NCBI GenBank assembly: GCA_033720775.1
Contig: JAWWBW010000001.1
Coordinates: 1-51,698 of the forward strand
Reading direction: 5' to 3'
From: Oleiphilaceae bacterium
Lineage (GTDB): Bacteria; Pseudomonadota; Gammaproteobacteria; Pseudomonadales; Oleiphilaceae
DNA: 51,698 nt
Positions 9,198 through 19,614 of this stretch are shown here, piece by piece. The first letter of the stretch is position 1; every line of letters begins with the position of its first letter. Below the pieces are notes generated by a model that made no database searches, was not told the origin of the DNA, and worked only from the letters and a program-made list of their open reading frames with translations. The translations under genes were made by a program, and so were the position numbers.

Positions 9198-10457
9198 ATG
9201 CGTTTTCTCTCGTCAGAGGATGTGGCTGATCTGCAGCATGCACACTACGATATCGTGATCGTAGGTGCCGGTATGGTGGGTTTAACGTTGGCGCTGGGAC
9301 TGGCTGAGCGCTTTGATCGCATACTGATCGTCGAAGCGTTCAAGGTGAAGCCTCATGAGCGCCCTCAAACGCGGAGTTTTGACGAGCGGTCAACGGCTTT
9401 GTCCTGGGGGAGCGTAGATGTTTTGCAGCGTTTGGGGGTGTGGGGCAAATGCCAAAATGCAGCAGCCCAAATCACCGAAGTACACGTTTCGGAGCAGGGG
9501 CGTTTTGGGGTGACACGGCTTTCCGGTCACGATAGTCCCTCCGGTTCGTTAGGTTATGTCTTGCCCAATCAGTCTCTGGGCGCTGCGCTTATGTCGTCAC
9601 TGCGGGGAGGGAATGTTGATTTATTAAGTCCAGCCTCGATCAAAAAAACGGCATTTTCGGCAAAGTCGATCAATCTCGAAATCCAGTTGGCAGACGGCGT
9701 GCTGGCATGCAATGCGAAACTTCTGTTGATTGCAGACGGCAGTTGCTCACAAACGGCCGAGCGATTAGGTATCGCTACCAGAGTGCAAGAATATGGACAG
9801 CACGCGATTATCTGTAATGTTGAAACTTCTATGGCTAATTCGGGTGTCGCCTACGAGCGTTTTACTCCCGCTGGGCCCATGGCTATGCTGCCATTGAGTG
9901 ATTATCGAAGTGCGCTGGTATGGACTCTACCCACTGACCAGGCCGAGAAGATTGCCGCATTGAGCGATGTCGATTTTTTGCAACGACTGCAGCGCTCCTT
10001 TGGCGATCGTCTCGGTTGTCTCACAAAGAGTAGTGCTCGGCATGTGTACCCTTTGCGCTTAACCCAGATTGAAGAACGAAGTCGGCGAGGGTGTTTTGTT
10101 CTGGGCAACGCGGCGCACAGCCTCCATCCCGTTGCGGGGCAAGGTTTTAATCTGGCTTTGCGCGGTGTTGTACATTTGATCTCGGGCCTGTTTCGCGCCA
10201 AAGCGGCCGGCAGCTATCTGGGTGATCCCGCGATGTTAGCGGAAATCTCCGCTGGACTTGAGCGCGATGTTTGGCAGACGGTGCAATTCAGTGACAAGTT
10301 AATCAGTGGGTTTGCGGAATCCTCGTTACTGGCCGGCGTCGTTCGCGACGGAGGCTTGATCGCACTGAACAATCTGCCTGTGCTACGTCATTGGTTCACG
10401 CGTCAGAGCATGGGACTGGGTCATGCCGTGCCAACGAATACCTTGGGGGAGGCATGA
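9198..10457 (+). CDS. ubiH: 2-octaprenyl-6-methoxyphenol hydroxylase (FAD-dependent)
   Basis: FAD fingerprint DIVIVGAGMVGLTLAL and GNAAHSLHPVAGQGFNLALRG. Position after pepP. Confidence 0.85.
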   Translation: MRFLSSEDVADLQHAHYDIVIVGAGMVGLTLALGLAERFDRILIVEAFKVKPHERPQTRSFDERSTALSWGSVDVLQRLGVWGKCQNAAAQITEVHVSEQGRFGVTRLSGHDSPSGSLGYVLPNQSLGAALMSSLRGGNVDLLSPASIKKTAFSAKSINLEIQLADGVLACNAKLLLIADGSCSQTAERLGIATRVQEYGQHAIICNVETSMANSGVAYERFTPAGPMAMLPLSDYRSALVWTLPTDQAEKIAALSDVDFLQRLQRSFGDRLGCLTKSSARHVYPLRLTQIEERSRRGCFVLGNAAHSLHPVAGQGFNLALRGVVHLISGLFRAKAAGSYLGDPAMLAEISAGLERDVWQTVQFSDKLISGFAESSLLAGVVRDGGLIALNNLPVLRHWFTRQSMGLGHAVPTNTLGEA

Positions 10458-11671
10458 CTCAGGATAGGCCAGAACACTTTGATGTCATCATCGTCGGTGG
10501 CGGTATGGTCGGCTCCGCGCTGGCCTGCTTGTTAGCGGGAACATCTTTGCGTATTTGCGTGTTAGATGCGGGTAATTGTGGGGGGGGGGGCTTTCAATCG
10601 CTGAGCGATGATGTGCATGCCATATCGCCGCGCGTTTCAGCTTTGACCCGACGCAGTCAGCAATTGTTAGAAGAAATTGGCGTGTGGCACACGCTTAGCA
10701 AGTTTGCACAACCTTACCAGCGCATGCATGTCTGGGATGCCTTAGGCACCGAGCACATTGCGTTCGAAGCGGCCGATATTCCGTGTCCTTCTCTTGGCGT
10801 TATTATTGAAAATAGCCGCGTCATTAGTGCGTTGCACCAGCAATTGGCTAAAACTGATGTCGACGTTCGCTGGGGGGCGCGCTTGCAGTCTCTTCAGGTG
10901 CGCAACGACGATCATCTCCTAACCATCAATGATGACCTTCAGCTGTCATGCTCGCTGCTTATTGGGGCAGATGGCGCCCTGTCGCGAGTGCGCCAGCTTG
11001 GTCACTTTGCCACGCGCGAATGGGATTATGAGCACCAGGCTATCGTGTGCACGGTGCGTACCGAAGCGTCTCATCAGGCAACGGCTTGGCAACGTTTTGA
11101 CGAGACGGGGCCTTTGGCCTTTCTGCCACTGCCTCACCCCTTGGGAAAGCAGGATCTGTGTTCGATTGTGTGGTCATTGCAAACCGAGGTGGCGCACGAA
11201 GTATTGGCGCAGGATGAAACAAGATTCGCCGAATCGTTGGAGCGGGCGATTGAAGGCAGAATGGGTCGAATTCTCGAAGTGTCAGAGCGCAACAGCTTTC
11301 CATTGCGACAGCGTCACGCCAAGCAATATGTAAACGGGGGGATTGTGTTGGTAGGCGATGCGGCGCATACCATTCACCCGCTCGCAGGGCAGGGCGTAAA
11401 TCTGGGCTTCAAGGATGTCGCTGTCTTGAGCCGAGAATGCCAAAAAGCGTTGGAGCTTAAGTTGCCTATCGCGCAGCCTCTTTTTCTGGCGCGATACCAG
11501 CGTGAGCGTCAGGCGGACAATCTTGCGATGATGGCGATGATGGAAGGCTTTAAACGACTCTATGGGCAATCAGACCCGGTGGTTCGTTTACTGCGAAATG
11601 TTGGTATGTCTTGGGTAAATCGACAGCGAACACTAAAAACCATGCTCGCGCGCCAGGCGATGGGCTTATAG
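10454..11671 (+). CDS. ubiI: 2-octaprenylphenol hydroxylase UbiI (VisC)
   Basis: DVIIVGGGMVGSALA and GDAAHTIHPLAGQGVNLGFKD. The ATG at 10454 overlaps the ubiH stop (ATGA). The ORF-track start at 10391 is inside ubiH. Confidence 0.85.
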   Translation: MTQDRPEHFDVIIVGGGMVGSALACLLAGTSLRICVLDAGNCGGGGFQSLSDDVHAISPRVSALTRRSQQLLEEIGVWHTLSKFAQPYQRMHVWDALGTEHIAFEAADIPCPSLGVIIENSRVISALHQQLAKTDVDVRWGARLQSLQVRNDDHLLTINDDLQLSCSLLIGADGALSRVRQLGHFATREWDYEHQAIVCTVRTEASHQATAWQRFDETGPLAFLPLPHPLGKQDLCSIVWSLQTEVAHEVLAQDETRFAESLERAIEGRMGRILEVSERNSFPLRQRHAKQYVNGGIVLVGDAAHTIHPLAGQGVNLGFKDVAVLSRECQKALELKLPIAQPLFLARYQRERQADNLAMMAMMEGFKRLYGQSDPVVRLLRNVGMSWVNRQRTLKTMLARQAMGL

Positions 11672-11720
11672 CTGCTGTTGCTATCTTCGTAGTTATCTTT
11701 ATAGCTATCTTCGTAGCTTC

Positions 11721-12434
11721 TCAGTTACAGAACAGACGAGCCAATACGCTTGTAACGGCTGTTTCGACCCTCAGTATGCGCTCTCCCAAATCGACGCCTT
11801 CGAAACCTGCTGCCTTGAGTTTTGTCACTTCATAGGGAGTAAAGCCTCCCTCCGGCCCTATGGCAACATGGCAGGTTTGATTGTATGCAACCGGGCAGGG
11901 TTTGCCTGCGCCCGGATGTGCTAACAACGCGGTTTGCGAGCCAATCAACCCGGGCAGTTCGTCTTCAACAAAGGGCTTGAACAACCTGCGCATATGCAGC
12001 GTTGGCATCACCGTGTCGCCCGCCTGCTCGAGACCCAGTAAAAAGTTTTCTGTTACCTTGTCGGGGCTCAACCACGGGCTTTGCCAAAAGCTCTTTTCTA
12101 CTTTCCAGGCATTGATGAGATAGATTTGCTTGACGCCCATCGTCGCGCACGTCTGCAGGATGCGCTTGAGCATTTTGGGTCTGGGCAGGGCGAGATACAG
12201 GGTGCACGGTATGGCTGGCGGAGCACTCTCGGTCCAGTGTATGTCGAGCGCCATGTGATCCGTATCGAGCCTGGTGATGCAAGCTCGTCCTTTTTGACCA
12301 TTGATGACGCCGACTTTTATTTCATCCCCTTTACGACACTTAAGTGTTTGAGTCGCATGTTGGAATTGGCGGCCACGAACCAGAGCAGATGAAGGGCTCA
12401 AAAGCTGCTGTTCGTTTAGCAGTAGCAGGTTCAT
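11721..12434 (-). CDS. rsmE: 16S rRNA (uracil1498-N3)-methyltransferase
   Basis: [11 protein letters not shown] motif, about 237 aa from the ATG at 12434 ([11 protein letters not shown]...). This ATG overlaps the tatC stop (ATGA). The ORF-track start at 12515 is inside tatC. Confidence 0.85.
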   Translation of the reverse strand: MNLLLLNEQQLLSPSSALVRGRQFQHATQTLKCRKGDEIKVGVINGQKGRACITRLDTDHMALDIHWTESAPPAIPCTLYLALPRPKMLKRILQTCATMGVKQIYLINAWKVEKSFWQSPWLSPDKVTENFLLGLEQAGDTVMPTLHMRRLFKPFVEDELPGLIGSQTALLAHPGAGKPCPVAYNQTCHVAIGPEGGFTPYEVTKLKAAGFEGVDLGERILRVETAVTSVLARLFCN

Positions 12435-13213
12435 TCTTCTGTTGCAGTGCTGCTTTGGGCGCGATCTTTTTCCAGCATGCGCGAGAAAAACAGTCCCAAC
12501 TCGAACAGCAACCACATCGGCACGGCCAACAGTGTTTGCGAGATGACGTCTGGTGGCGTAAGAAGCATGCCGATAACAAAACAGCCTACCACCAAGTAAG
12601 GACGTTTCTCGGCCAGACTCTCACAGGTTGTGGCGCCTGTTGCCACCAGAATGACGGTGGCGATGGGGATTTCGAAGGCAATGCCAAAAGCGAAGAAGAG
12701 TTTCAGAACGAAGTCGAGGTAACGGCTAATATCGGTCATTACCGCAACACCTTCGGGTCCTGCGCTGGTAAAGAAACCGAAGACGAGAGGAAACACAACA
12801 AAATAGGCAAACGCCATTCCCAGATAAAACAGCACAATACTCGATAGTAAAAGCGGAACGGCCAGGCGCTTTTCATTCGCATACAAAGCCGGTGCTACAA
12901 AGCGCCAAAGCTGAAAGAGAATAAAGGGCATCGCCAGAAAGACCGAAGCCATAAAGGTTAACTTAAAGGGGGTCAAAAACGGCGATGCAACGTCCGTCGC
13001 AATCATCGATGTGCCTTCGGGCAAATGTGCGCGCAAGGGTTCTGATATCAGTAAATAAATATCGTTGGCGAAATAATACAGTCCTAGAAATATAAGCAGC
13101 ACAGCGAGGACTGCATGCAACAAGCGTGTGCGCAACTCGATAAGATGGGTAACTAGCGGTTGCGGCTGATCAAGCTGCTCATCTAATTTTGGGTCTTGAT
13201 TAAAAGCGCTCAT
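12431..13213 (-). CDS. tatC: Twin-arginine translocase subunit TatC
   Basis: 260-aa polytopic membrane protein (LIELRTRLL..., six hydrophobic segments) at the end of the tatABC order. Confidence 0.95.
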   Translation of the reverse strand: MSAFNQDPKLDEQLDQPQPLVTHLIELRTRLLHAVLAVLLIFLGLYYFANDIYLLISEPLRAHLPEGTSMIATDVASPFLTPFKLTFMASVFLAMPFILFQLWRFVAPALYANEKRLAVPLLLSSIVLFYLGMAFAYFVVFPLVFGFFTSAGPEGVAVMTDISRYLDFVLKLFFAFGIAFEIPIATVILVATGATTCESLAEKRPYLVVGCFVIGMLLTPPDVISQTLLAVPMWLLFELGLFFSRMLEKDRAQSSTATEE

Positions 13214-13554
13214 TTTTTATCGTCGGCGGGAATGTTGGATGATGACGCTTCTTGGCGAGGCAGGGGTTCGTACTCTTTCAGCTCAACTTCATCCAGTGCA
13301 TCTTTGAGTGTCTTCTGAATGTTTTTGACGTCTTCGTCGATATCAAGGCTTTGGCCGCTTTGTTTCAACTGTTCACGCAATTCCTCTACTTCTATCTGGC
13401 GCTCGATTTCCCGTGAAAAATTGCCCACCGTGCGCCGCACTTTACCTACCCATCGGCCTGCGGTGCGCGCGGCACTGGGTAAGCGCTCGGGGCCGAGCAC
13501 CAAAAGTGCAATAATTGCGACAATTACCAGTTCGAGAAAACCGATATCAAACAT
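13210..13554 (-). CDS. tatB: Twin-arginine translocase subunit TatB
   Basis: [27 protein letters not shown]-terminus. ATGA overlap with the tatC start. Confidence 0.9.
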   Translation of the reverse strand: MFDIGFLELVIVAIIALLVLGPERLPSAARTAGRWVGKVRRTVGNFSREIERQIEVEELREQLKQSGQSLDIDEDVKNIQKTLKDALDEVELKEYEPLPRQEASSSNIPADDKK

Positions 13555-13569
13555 AGGTAGGTGCTGCTC

Positions 13570-13803
13570 TTATTGACTGTTCTTGGGCGGTTCCTTGCTG
13601 CTATCTACTTTCTCAGCTTTGCCCTCGATAATGTCTTTCTCTGCTTTCTCTTCGAGTTGCTTTTTTTCATCATCAGTCATGGCCTTTTTGAAGCCTTTCA
13701 CTGCGCCACCGAGATCACTCCCCATGTTGCGGAGTTTTTTGGTACCAAAGATCAATGCCACGATCAGTAGAATAATAAGTAATTGGGTTGGGCTGATTCC
13801 CAT
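13570..13803 (-). CDS. tatA: Twin-arginine translocase subunit TatA
   Basis: [42 protein letters not shown], the canonical TatA/E N-terminus. Confidence 0.9.
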   Translation of the reverse strand: MGISPTQLLIILLIVALIFGTKKLRNMGSDLGGAVKGFKKAMTDDEKKQLEEKAEKDIIEGKAEKVDSSKEPPKNSQ

Positions 13804-13812
13804 GATGCTCTC

Positions 13813-14145
13813 CTATTGATTGCGCGAGGCTTTTTCTTCAAGCCCCGACAGATTGAAGCGTCGCTCCAGTTCTTTGAGTATATCACTCGAATTAAGACCT
13901 AAATGTGACAACATAACCAGGCTGTGGAACCACAGATCGGCGGTCTCGTATACGAGTTCGGATGCGTCTTCAGGTTTGTGTTCGACGTCTTTTGCTGCCA
14001 ATAAAGTTTCGGTACATTCTTCACCCACTTTTTCGAGGATTTTGTTCAGCCCTTTGTGGTGCAGACTGGCGACATATGATGTGTCGGGATCGGCGTTGCG
14101 TCGTTGTGCCAAAACGGCATCAAGTTGTTCTAGTACACTGGCCAT
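13813..14145 (-). CDS. hisE: Phosphoribosyl-ATP pyrophosphatase
   Basis: 110 aa. [31 protein letters not shown] and [13 protein letters not shown] are typical of HisE/MazG-type. Confidence 0.9.
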   Translation of the reverse strand: MASVLEQLDAVLAQRRNADPDTSYVASLHHKGLNKILEKVGEECTETLLAAKDVEHKPEDASELVYETADLWFHSLVMLSHLGLNSSDILKELERRFNLSGLEEKASRNQ

Positions 14146-14174
14146 CTGTAACGGTTACCTGATTAATCCTGAAA

Positions 14175-15824
14175 TTAATGGGTTGATTGGGGGCGTAACA
14201 AAAAATACGCACCCGCGGCAAAGGGCAAAACATTACTCCATTCGAGCGAGCTAACAAGCGTGGATATATCCTGGCCTGTCAATCCAACTCCCACTGCGAT
14301 CAGCAAACCTCCCACAATGACATCACGGCGACGCTTCGATTGCTTCTGCAAGGTGTCACGCAAACCTTGCCACTCTTTGTGCCGCTCCTCGCTCAGAGTA
14401 TCCAGATGTTTAACCTGTTGCATGGCGTCAAATAACAATTTGGGGACTTCTGGTGAATGTTCAATCCACTCTGGCAGTTGCTGGCGCAGGGTTTTGAGCA
14501 TTCCCGGTGGCGCGATACGTTGCTTCATCCAGTTTTCCAGGTACGGCTTGGCCGTGTGCCACAAATCCAGGTCGGGATATAACTGGCGACCTAGCCCTTC
14601 AATGTTCAGCAGCGTTTTCTGCAGCAGTACCAGTTGCGGCTGTACTTCCATGTTGAAGCGCCGAGCCGTTTGAAACAGGCGCAATAAAAACTGGCCAAAA
14701 GAGATATCCTTCAATGGCCGCTCAAAAATCGGCTCGCACACAGTGCGTATTGCAGACTCAAATTCGTCTACTCGCGTCGTGTCGGGTACCCAGCCTGACG
14801 ATATATGTAATGCTGCAACCTGTCTGTAGTCCCGATTAAAAAAAGCCAGCAGATTACGTGCCAGGTAGTTTTGATCGTCGGGGCTGAGCGTACCTACAAT
14901 GCCAAAATCGATGGCGATGTATTGCGGGTTTGCCGGGTTGTGGGCACTGACAAAGATATTGCCCGGATGCATGTCAGCATGAAAAAAACTGTCACGAAAC
15001 ACCTGGGTGAAGAAGATCTCAACACCACGTTCTGCAAGGCTTTTCATATCAACGCCGGCAGATTTCAGGGCATCGACATCGGCTACCGGGATGCCGTAGA
15101 TACGTTCCATTACCAGCACATGCTGATTGGTAAAGTCCCAAAATATCTCGGGAATATAAATGAGATCACTGCCGTCAAAGTTGCGTCTCAGCTGCGAGGC
15201 GTTGGCGGCTTCTCTTTGCAAATCGAGTTCGTCAAAAATAGTGCGTTCGTAATCGTTCACCACGTCTACCGGGCGCAAACGACGACCGTCCTGCCAATAA
15301 CGTTCAAGCAGCTCTGCAACGCCGCGCATCAGGGCGATATCCTGAGAGATGGTGGGAATGATATTGGGGCGAATGACTTTTACGACGACTTCCCGGCCGT
15401 TCAATAGTTTGGCGGCATGAACCTGCGCGATGGACGCGGAGGCAAGAGGTGCCACACTAAACTCGGCAAATACTTCGGAGGTGCTTTTACCCAACCCTTT
15501 TTCGATCAGGGCTTTCGCTTCTTCGCCCGAAAATGGTGCAACTTTGTCCTGAAGATGTTTCAACTCGGCCGCCAGATCGTCCGGGAGAATGTCACGACGG
15601 GTTGAGAGAATTTGACCAAACTTGATGAAAATTGGCCCCAGCTGCTCCAGTGCCAGACGCAAACGCTCGGCTCGGGTCAATGCGGGGCGAGGGAACATCC
15701 GCCACGGTGCAAGCCAGAACAAAAGGCGAATACTAAAGGGCAGGTGTTGGGTGGGGATAAAGTCGTCTAGTCGATAACGACTGATTACCCAAATGATCGT
15801 AATAAGGCGCGACAGCTGTTTCAT
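14175..15824 (-). CDS. ubiB: Ubiquinone biosynthesis regulatory protein kinase UbiB (ABC1/AarF family)
   Basis: ASIAQVHAA and [11 protein letters not shown] motifs, C-terminal TM segments, 549 aa. Confidence 0.95.
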   Translation of the reverse strand: MKQLSRLITIIWVISRYRLDDFIPTQHLPFSIRLLFWLAPWRMFPRPALTRAERLRLALEQLGPIFIKFGQILSTRRDILPDDLAAELKHLQDKVAPFSGEEAKALIEKGLGKSTSEVFAEFSVAPLASASIAQVHAAKLLNGREVVVKVIRPNIIPTISQDIALMRGVAELLERYWQDGRRLRPVDVVNDYERTIFDELDLQREAANASQLRRNFDGSDLIYIPEIFWDFTNQHVLVMERIYGIPVADVDALKSAGVDMKSLAERGVEIFFTQVFRDSFFHADMHPGNIFVSAHNPANPQYIAIDFGIVGTLSPDDQNYLARNLLAFFNRDYRQVAALHISSGWVPDTTRVDEFESAIRTVCEPIFERPLKDISFGQFLLRLFQTARRFNMEVQPQLVLLQKTLLNIEGLGRQLYPDLDLWHTAKPYLENWMKQRIAPPGMLKTLRQQLPEWIEHSPEVPKLLFDAMQQVKHLDTLSEERHKEWQGLRDTLQKQSKRRRDVIVGGLLIAVGVGLTGQDISTLVSSLEWSNVLPFAAGAYFLLRPQSTH

Positions 15825-15826
15825 GT

Positions 15827-16465
15827 TTAATCCGGGGTCTTTTGCTCGGTGCGTTTCAGTAGCTGCCGCACTTTAGCTTCGAGTCGATCGGTTGCCAGTC
15901 GCAATTGGTCAATGGATTCAAATTGGCTTGCCGCGATGGCCTTCCCGGGCAAAAGGCGCACCTCATACTTGATGAATTCCTCTACATCGCGCACAAAGTT
16001 TTGGCTGAGATGGCGGCTCCAGTGCACGCCTTGTTTGACCCCTGCACTAAGTACATGGGCGGGAACGTCTCCAATCACTTCAGCCAGCAGGGCCTCCCAG
16101 TCAATATCTATGCTTTTGGTAAAGTTCTGGATTTGCTGCGCGCGTACGGCATCGCCGGTCATGCTTAGGTCTTTCGACTTAAAAAGGTTGTTTACATCAC
16201 TTTGACTGGCCAGCTTGATGAATGCGAGGGAAGTGCCTGATAGCGTGACATGTGCGCCATATCCTTTGCCGATAATACGAATCTTGCCATCGTCCGCTTT
16301 CAGAAAAATGGAACGGTCGATACTGCGCAAATGAATTTCTAGCACGCATTGATCAAGGGGCTTCAGTTTTGCCTGTGCGCCGGGGTCGACAGACAGAGCC
16401 AGATTAATACTTTTTTCGAGCGCGGGTGACAGCGTGCTGAGAAATGGTAAGTCGATCAGGCTCAT
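15827..16465 (-). CDS. ubiJ: Ubiquinone biosynthesis accessory factor UbiJ (SCP2 domain)
   Basis: Sits between ubiE and ubiB as in other gammaproteobacteria. The ATG at 16465 (MSLIDLPF...) overlaps the ubiE stop (TGATG). The ORF-track start at 16525 is inside ubiE. Confidence 0.75.
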   Translation of the reverse strand: MSLIDLPFLSTLSPALEKSINLALSVDPGAQAKLKPLDQCVLEIHLRSIDRSIFLKADDGKIRIIGKGYGAHVTLSGTSLAFIKLASQSDVNNLFKSKDLSMTGDAVRAQQIQNFTKSIDIDWEALLAEVIGDVPAHVLSAGVKQGVHWSRHLSQNFVRDVEEFIKYEVRLLPGKAIAASQFESIDQLRLATDRLEAKVRQLLKRTEQKTPD

Positions 16466-17238
16466 CAGACTTTGATACCGGTATGCAGGGCCACATTGCC
16501 GCCGGTCATGTTGTGGTAACGGCATTGTTCAAAGCCCGCGTCGATCATCATGTTTTTAAGGGTTTCCTGATCGGGGTGCATGCGAATCGACTCCGCTAGA
16601 TAACGATAGGACTCGCTGTCTTGAGTGATAAGTTGCCCCATCATAGGAAGCGCGCTAAAAGAGTAATGATCGTAGGCCTTGCTTAATAGCGGGTTGTTGG
16701 GTTTAGAGAACTCCAGTACCAGCAGCCTGCCGCCGGGCTTAAGCACCCGTTGCATGGAGCGCAGGGCCGCGTCTTTGTCTGTCACGTTGCGTAAGCCAAA
16801 TGCAATAGATATGCAATTGAAGTAATTGTCGGGGAACGGCAGGCATTCCGCGTTGGCTTGCACAAACTCGATGTTGCTGCCATATCCTCGGTCGAGTAGA
16901 CGATCGCGCCCTACTTGCAGCATGGAGGAGTTGATATCTGCCAATACAACCTGTCCTTGCTCACCAACGCGTTTGGCAAATTGTTGCGTCAGATCACCCG
17001 TACCACCAGCGATATCCAAGACTTTATGGCCAGGACGGACACCACTGCTTTCAATGGTTAATCGTTTCCAGATGCGGTGTATACCGAAAGACATCATATC
17101 GTTCATCAGGTCGTATTTACCGGCGACGGAATGAAAAACATCGGCTACGCGTTTTACCTTTTCCTCTTTAGCCACCGTTTGGTAACCAAAATGTGTGGTT
17201 TGCGTCTTTTCCTGTGCATCCTGTTTGGCTTCTGACAT
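16465..17238 (-). CDS. ubiE: Ubiquinone/menaquinone C-methyltransferase
   Basis: SAM motif [11 protein letters not shown] and typical length. I prefer the ATG at 17238 (MSEAKQD...) over the listed TTG at 17253. Confidence 0.95.
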   Translation of the reverse strand: MSEAKQDAQEKTQTTHFGYQTVAKEEKVKRVADVFHSVAGKYDLMNDMMSFGIHRIWKRLTIESSGVRPGHKVLDIAGGTGDLTQQFAKRVGEQGQVVLADINSSMLQVGRDRLLDRGYGSNIEFVQANAECLPFPDNYFNCISIAFGLRNVTDKDAALRSMQRVLKPGGRLLVLEFSKPNNPLLSKAYDHYSFSALPMMGQLITQDSESYRYLAESIRMHPDQETLKNMMIDAGFEQCRYHNMTGGNVALHTGIKV

Positions 17239-17398
17239 GACCTGATCCCGCAATATTCAAACTTGGCGTATTCTAACCATGCTGCGACCGGAAAACTATG
17301 CCCACCCAAGCTCGTCCTGTAATAAAGCTGATTTCAAGAGGCCGTGGCTTTGCGCTAAACTGCAAAGAGTTTTTTGAGCGAGACAAAGTAGTAAGTGA

Positions 17399-17674
17399 AT
17401 GGCCACCATAATTAAAAGTCGTACTCATACCCATGATGTGGATCATGCCCGTGAATCAGCTGAAGGAATTGTTCGGCATTTGGCGGATCAATTTGGCGTG
17501 AAATATCACTGGGAAGGCGATACCTTGCGCTTTAAGGGGGCAGGCGCCAAGGGAGCGATGACCCTAACCACGAATAAATTGGACTTGCGCATGGAGCTGG
17601 GATTTATGCTCTTACCCTTGCGTTCAAGAATCGAACGGGAGATGGATCAGTATCTCGATGAATTCTGCAGCTAG
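17399..17674 (+). CDS. Small protein resembling the polyhydroxyalkanoic-acid system family (TIGR02610 / PF09650-like)
   Basis: 91 aa. The pattern ...HDVDHARESAEGIVRHLADQFGVKYHWEGDTLRFKGAGAKGAMTL... and its position divergent from ubiE match my memory of the Pseudomonas homologue. Needs HMM confirmation. Confidence 0.55.
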   Translation: MATIIKSRTHTHDVDHARESAEGIVRHLADQFGVKYHWEGDTLRFKGAGAKGAMTLTTNKLDLRMELGFMLLPLRSRIEREMDQYLDEFCS

Positions 17675-17732
17675 ATATTGCCGCTCTCGAATCAAATAAA
17701 ATGCGCTACACCGCTGTGAACAAGGGAGCCAG

Positions 17733-19550
17733 ATGTCTCAATCCAAACGATTGCATTTATCACAACTGCTTTGGCAGCTGCCCGAGCTATGCCGTGGTCT
17801 GCCCGCGCGAGTAAAAGGCTTGCATTTAGCGAGTCAGCGACTGGATGATCGCCCCGCCGGTTTGCTCAAGAGTTTTCAGGAAGCCGTGAAACGCAACCCC
17901 CAAGGCGCGGCGGTTATCTATGACGACAGGCACATCACCTATGAGACGCTGGATCGCTGGTCAAACCGTATTGCGAATGTTTTTCGTAAGCAGGAGGTAG
18001 GCCGTGGCGATGTGCTTGCCGTGTTCATCGAGAATCGTCCGGAACTGCTCGCGATCGTATTGGGCTTGGCTAAGGTTGGCGCGATACCGGCATTGCTCAA
18101 TACAAGTCAGCGTGGCAGGGTGCTCGTTCACAGTATTCAGCTGGTAGAACCCTGCGGCTTGGTTGTCGGTCAAGAGCTGGTATCGGCTATTACTGATGTG
18201 GAGGGTGAGCTCAGTCATCAATGCAAACGTTGGTGGGTGGCTGACGCAGATACCTTGAGCCGGAGCGGGCATGCACCTGAAGGATGGTGCAACTTTGCTG
18301 AGCGTGTCGCATCTGAACCCGATAAAAGCGCGGTGTCTCATATTCCGCTGGGCAGCGATTCTCTTTGCTATTTCTATACGTCGGGTACCACGGGTATGCC
18401 CAAAGCGGCGATATTGTCCAATGGTCGTTATACCAAAGCGGTTGCGGGTGTCGGTATGGCCTGTGTGCAATTGCGTCCCGATGATCGCGTGCTGGTCCCA
18501 TTACCCTTTTATCACGGTACGGCGATGGTTGTGGGTTGGGGGAGTGCCTTGGCAGGCGCCGCCGGGTTGGTCATGGTGCGACGATTTTCGGCGTCGCGCT
18601 TTTGGCAAGTAGTGCGCGAACACCGGGTGAGCGCCTTCTGTTATGTTGGCGAACTATGCCGATATCTGCTCGCGCAGGCCCCAACAGCCCAAGACCGAGA
18701 GCACCCTGTTCATACGATGTTTGGAAATGGCTTGCGACCGGGCATTTGGCGGGAGTTTAAAGCGCGCTTTGGTATCAAGCGCGTTTTGGAGTTCTATGGC
18801 TCCAGCGAAGGAAACATAGGGTTTTTAAATGTATTCAATGTGGATTGTACGGTTGGTTTTACCACCGTGCCTTATGCCATTGTGGAATACGATCTTGAAC
18901 AAGATGCTCCGCGGCGTTTTGGCGACGGTTTTATGCGGCGGGTTAAAGTTGGCGAAGCGGGTTTGCTGTTGGGCAAGATAACAGAAGACACGCCGTTTGA
19001 TGGGTATACCGACCAGCAAAAAACGGAGGCGACCATTCTTCGCAACGTGTTTGAGGAGGGTGATGCCTGGTTTAATACCGGTGATCTCATGCGTGATATG
19101 GGCTATCGTCACGCACAATTTGTAGACAGGCTCGGCGATACCTTTCGTTGGAAAGGTGAGAATGTTTCGACAACGGAAGTGGAAAACCTCTTGGCTGGGC
19201 ATTCATCAGTAGTTGATGCTGTGGTATACGGTGTCGAAATTCCACACACCAACGGGCGGGCGGGCATGTTGGCTGTTCGCAGCCATGATGGCAGCTTTGA
19301 TCCGAATATATTGCTCACGATCATGAAGGAGGAGTTAGCACCTTATGCGATTCCTTTGTTTGTGCGCGAAGTGAAAGAACTTGCAACAACAGGTACTCAC
19401 AAGTACCAGAAAAAGCAGCTAAAAGACGATGCCTTTAATCCGGAGGCTTGCGGTGAAGCGCTTTGGGTGCTCTTGCCTGGTGCGGATAGATACACCAAGC
19501 TTGATGCGACAATTTACAAGAAGATCTGTTCAGGTGGATACGGATTTTAA
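17733..19550 (+). CDS. Long-chain acyl-CoA synthetase, FATP-like (AMP-binding superfamily)
   Basis: AMP-binding motifs YFYTSGTTGMPKAA, WFNTGDLMRD and FRWKGENVSTTEVE. 605 aa. AAGGGAG Shine-Dalgarno before the ATG. Confidence 0.85.
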   Translation: MSQSKRLHLSQLLWQLPELCRGLPARVKGLHLASQRLDDRPAGLLKSFQEAVKRNPQGAAVIYDDRHITYETLDRWSNRIANVFRKQEVGRGDVLAVFIENRPELLAIVLGLAKVGAIPALLNTSQRGRVLVHSIQLVEPCGLVVGQELVSAITDVEGELSHQCKRWWVADADTLSRSGHAPEGWCNFAERVASEPDKSAVSHIPLGSDSLCYFYTSGTTGMPKAAILSNGRYTKAVAGVGMACVQLRPDDRVLVPLPFYHGTAMVVGWGSALAGAAGLVMVRRFSASRFWQVVREHRVSAFCYVGELCRYLLAQAPTAQDREHPVHTMFGNGLRPGIWREFKARFGIKRVLEFYGSSEGNIGFLNVFNVDCTVGFTTVPYAIVEYDLEQDAPRRFGDGFMRRVKVGEAGLLLGKITEDTPFDGYTDQQKTEATILRNVFEEGDAWFNTGDLMRDMGYRHAQFVDRLGDTFRWKGENVSTTEVENLLAGHSSVVDAVVYGVEIPHTNGRAGMLAVRSHDGSFDPNILLTIMKEELAPYAIPLFVREVKELATTGTHKYQKKQLKDDAFNPEACGEALWVLLPGADRYTKLDATIYKKICSGGYGF

Positions 19551-19614
19551 TGCCAGAGGTGGGGCGGTATCTTGTCCAGCGCTGCGCATGTATCCCTTCC
19601 ATCCCTCAAGCTAG

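Noticed and set aside
11680-11716. 13-bp direct repeat GCTATCTTCGTAG (11680-11692 and 11704-11716) between convergent ubiI and rsmE
   Set aside because: It is a short, single duplication in a 49-nt spacer. It is more likely replication slippage or a degenerate terminator remnant than a functional element.
14871-15407. 178-aa plus-strand ORF antisense to ubiB
   Set aside because: It lies entirely within ubiB on the opposite strand and has no family resemblance.
17961-18470. 169-aa minus-strand ORF antisense to the acyl-CoA synthetase gene
   Set aside because: It is embedded antisense with a Arg/Thr/His-rich composition. The sense frame has unambiguous AMP-binding motifs.
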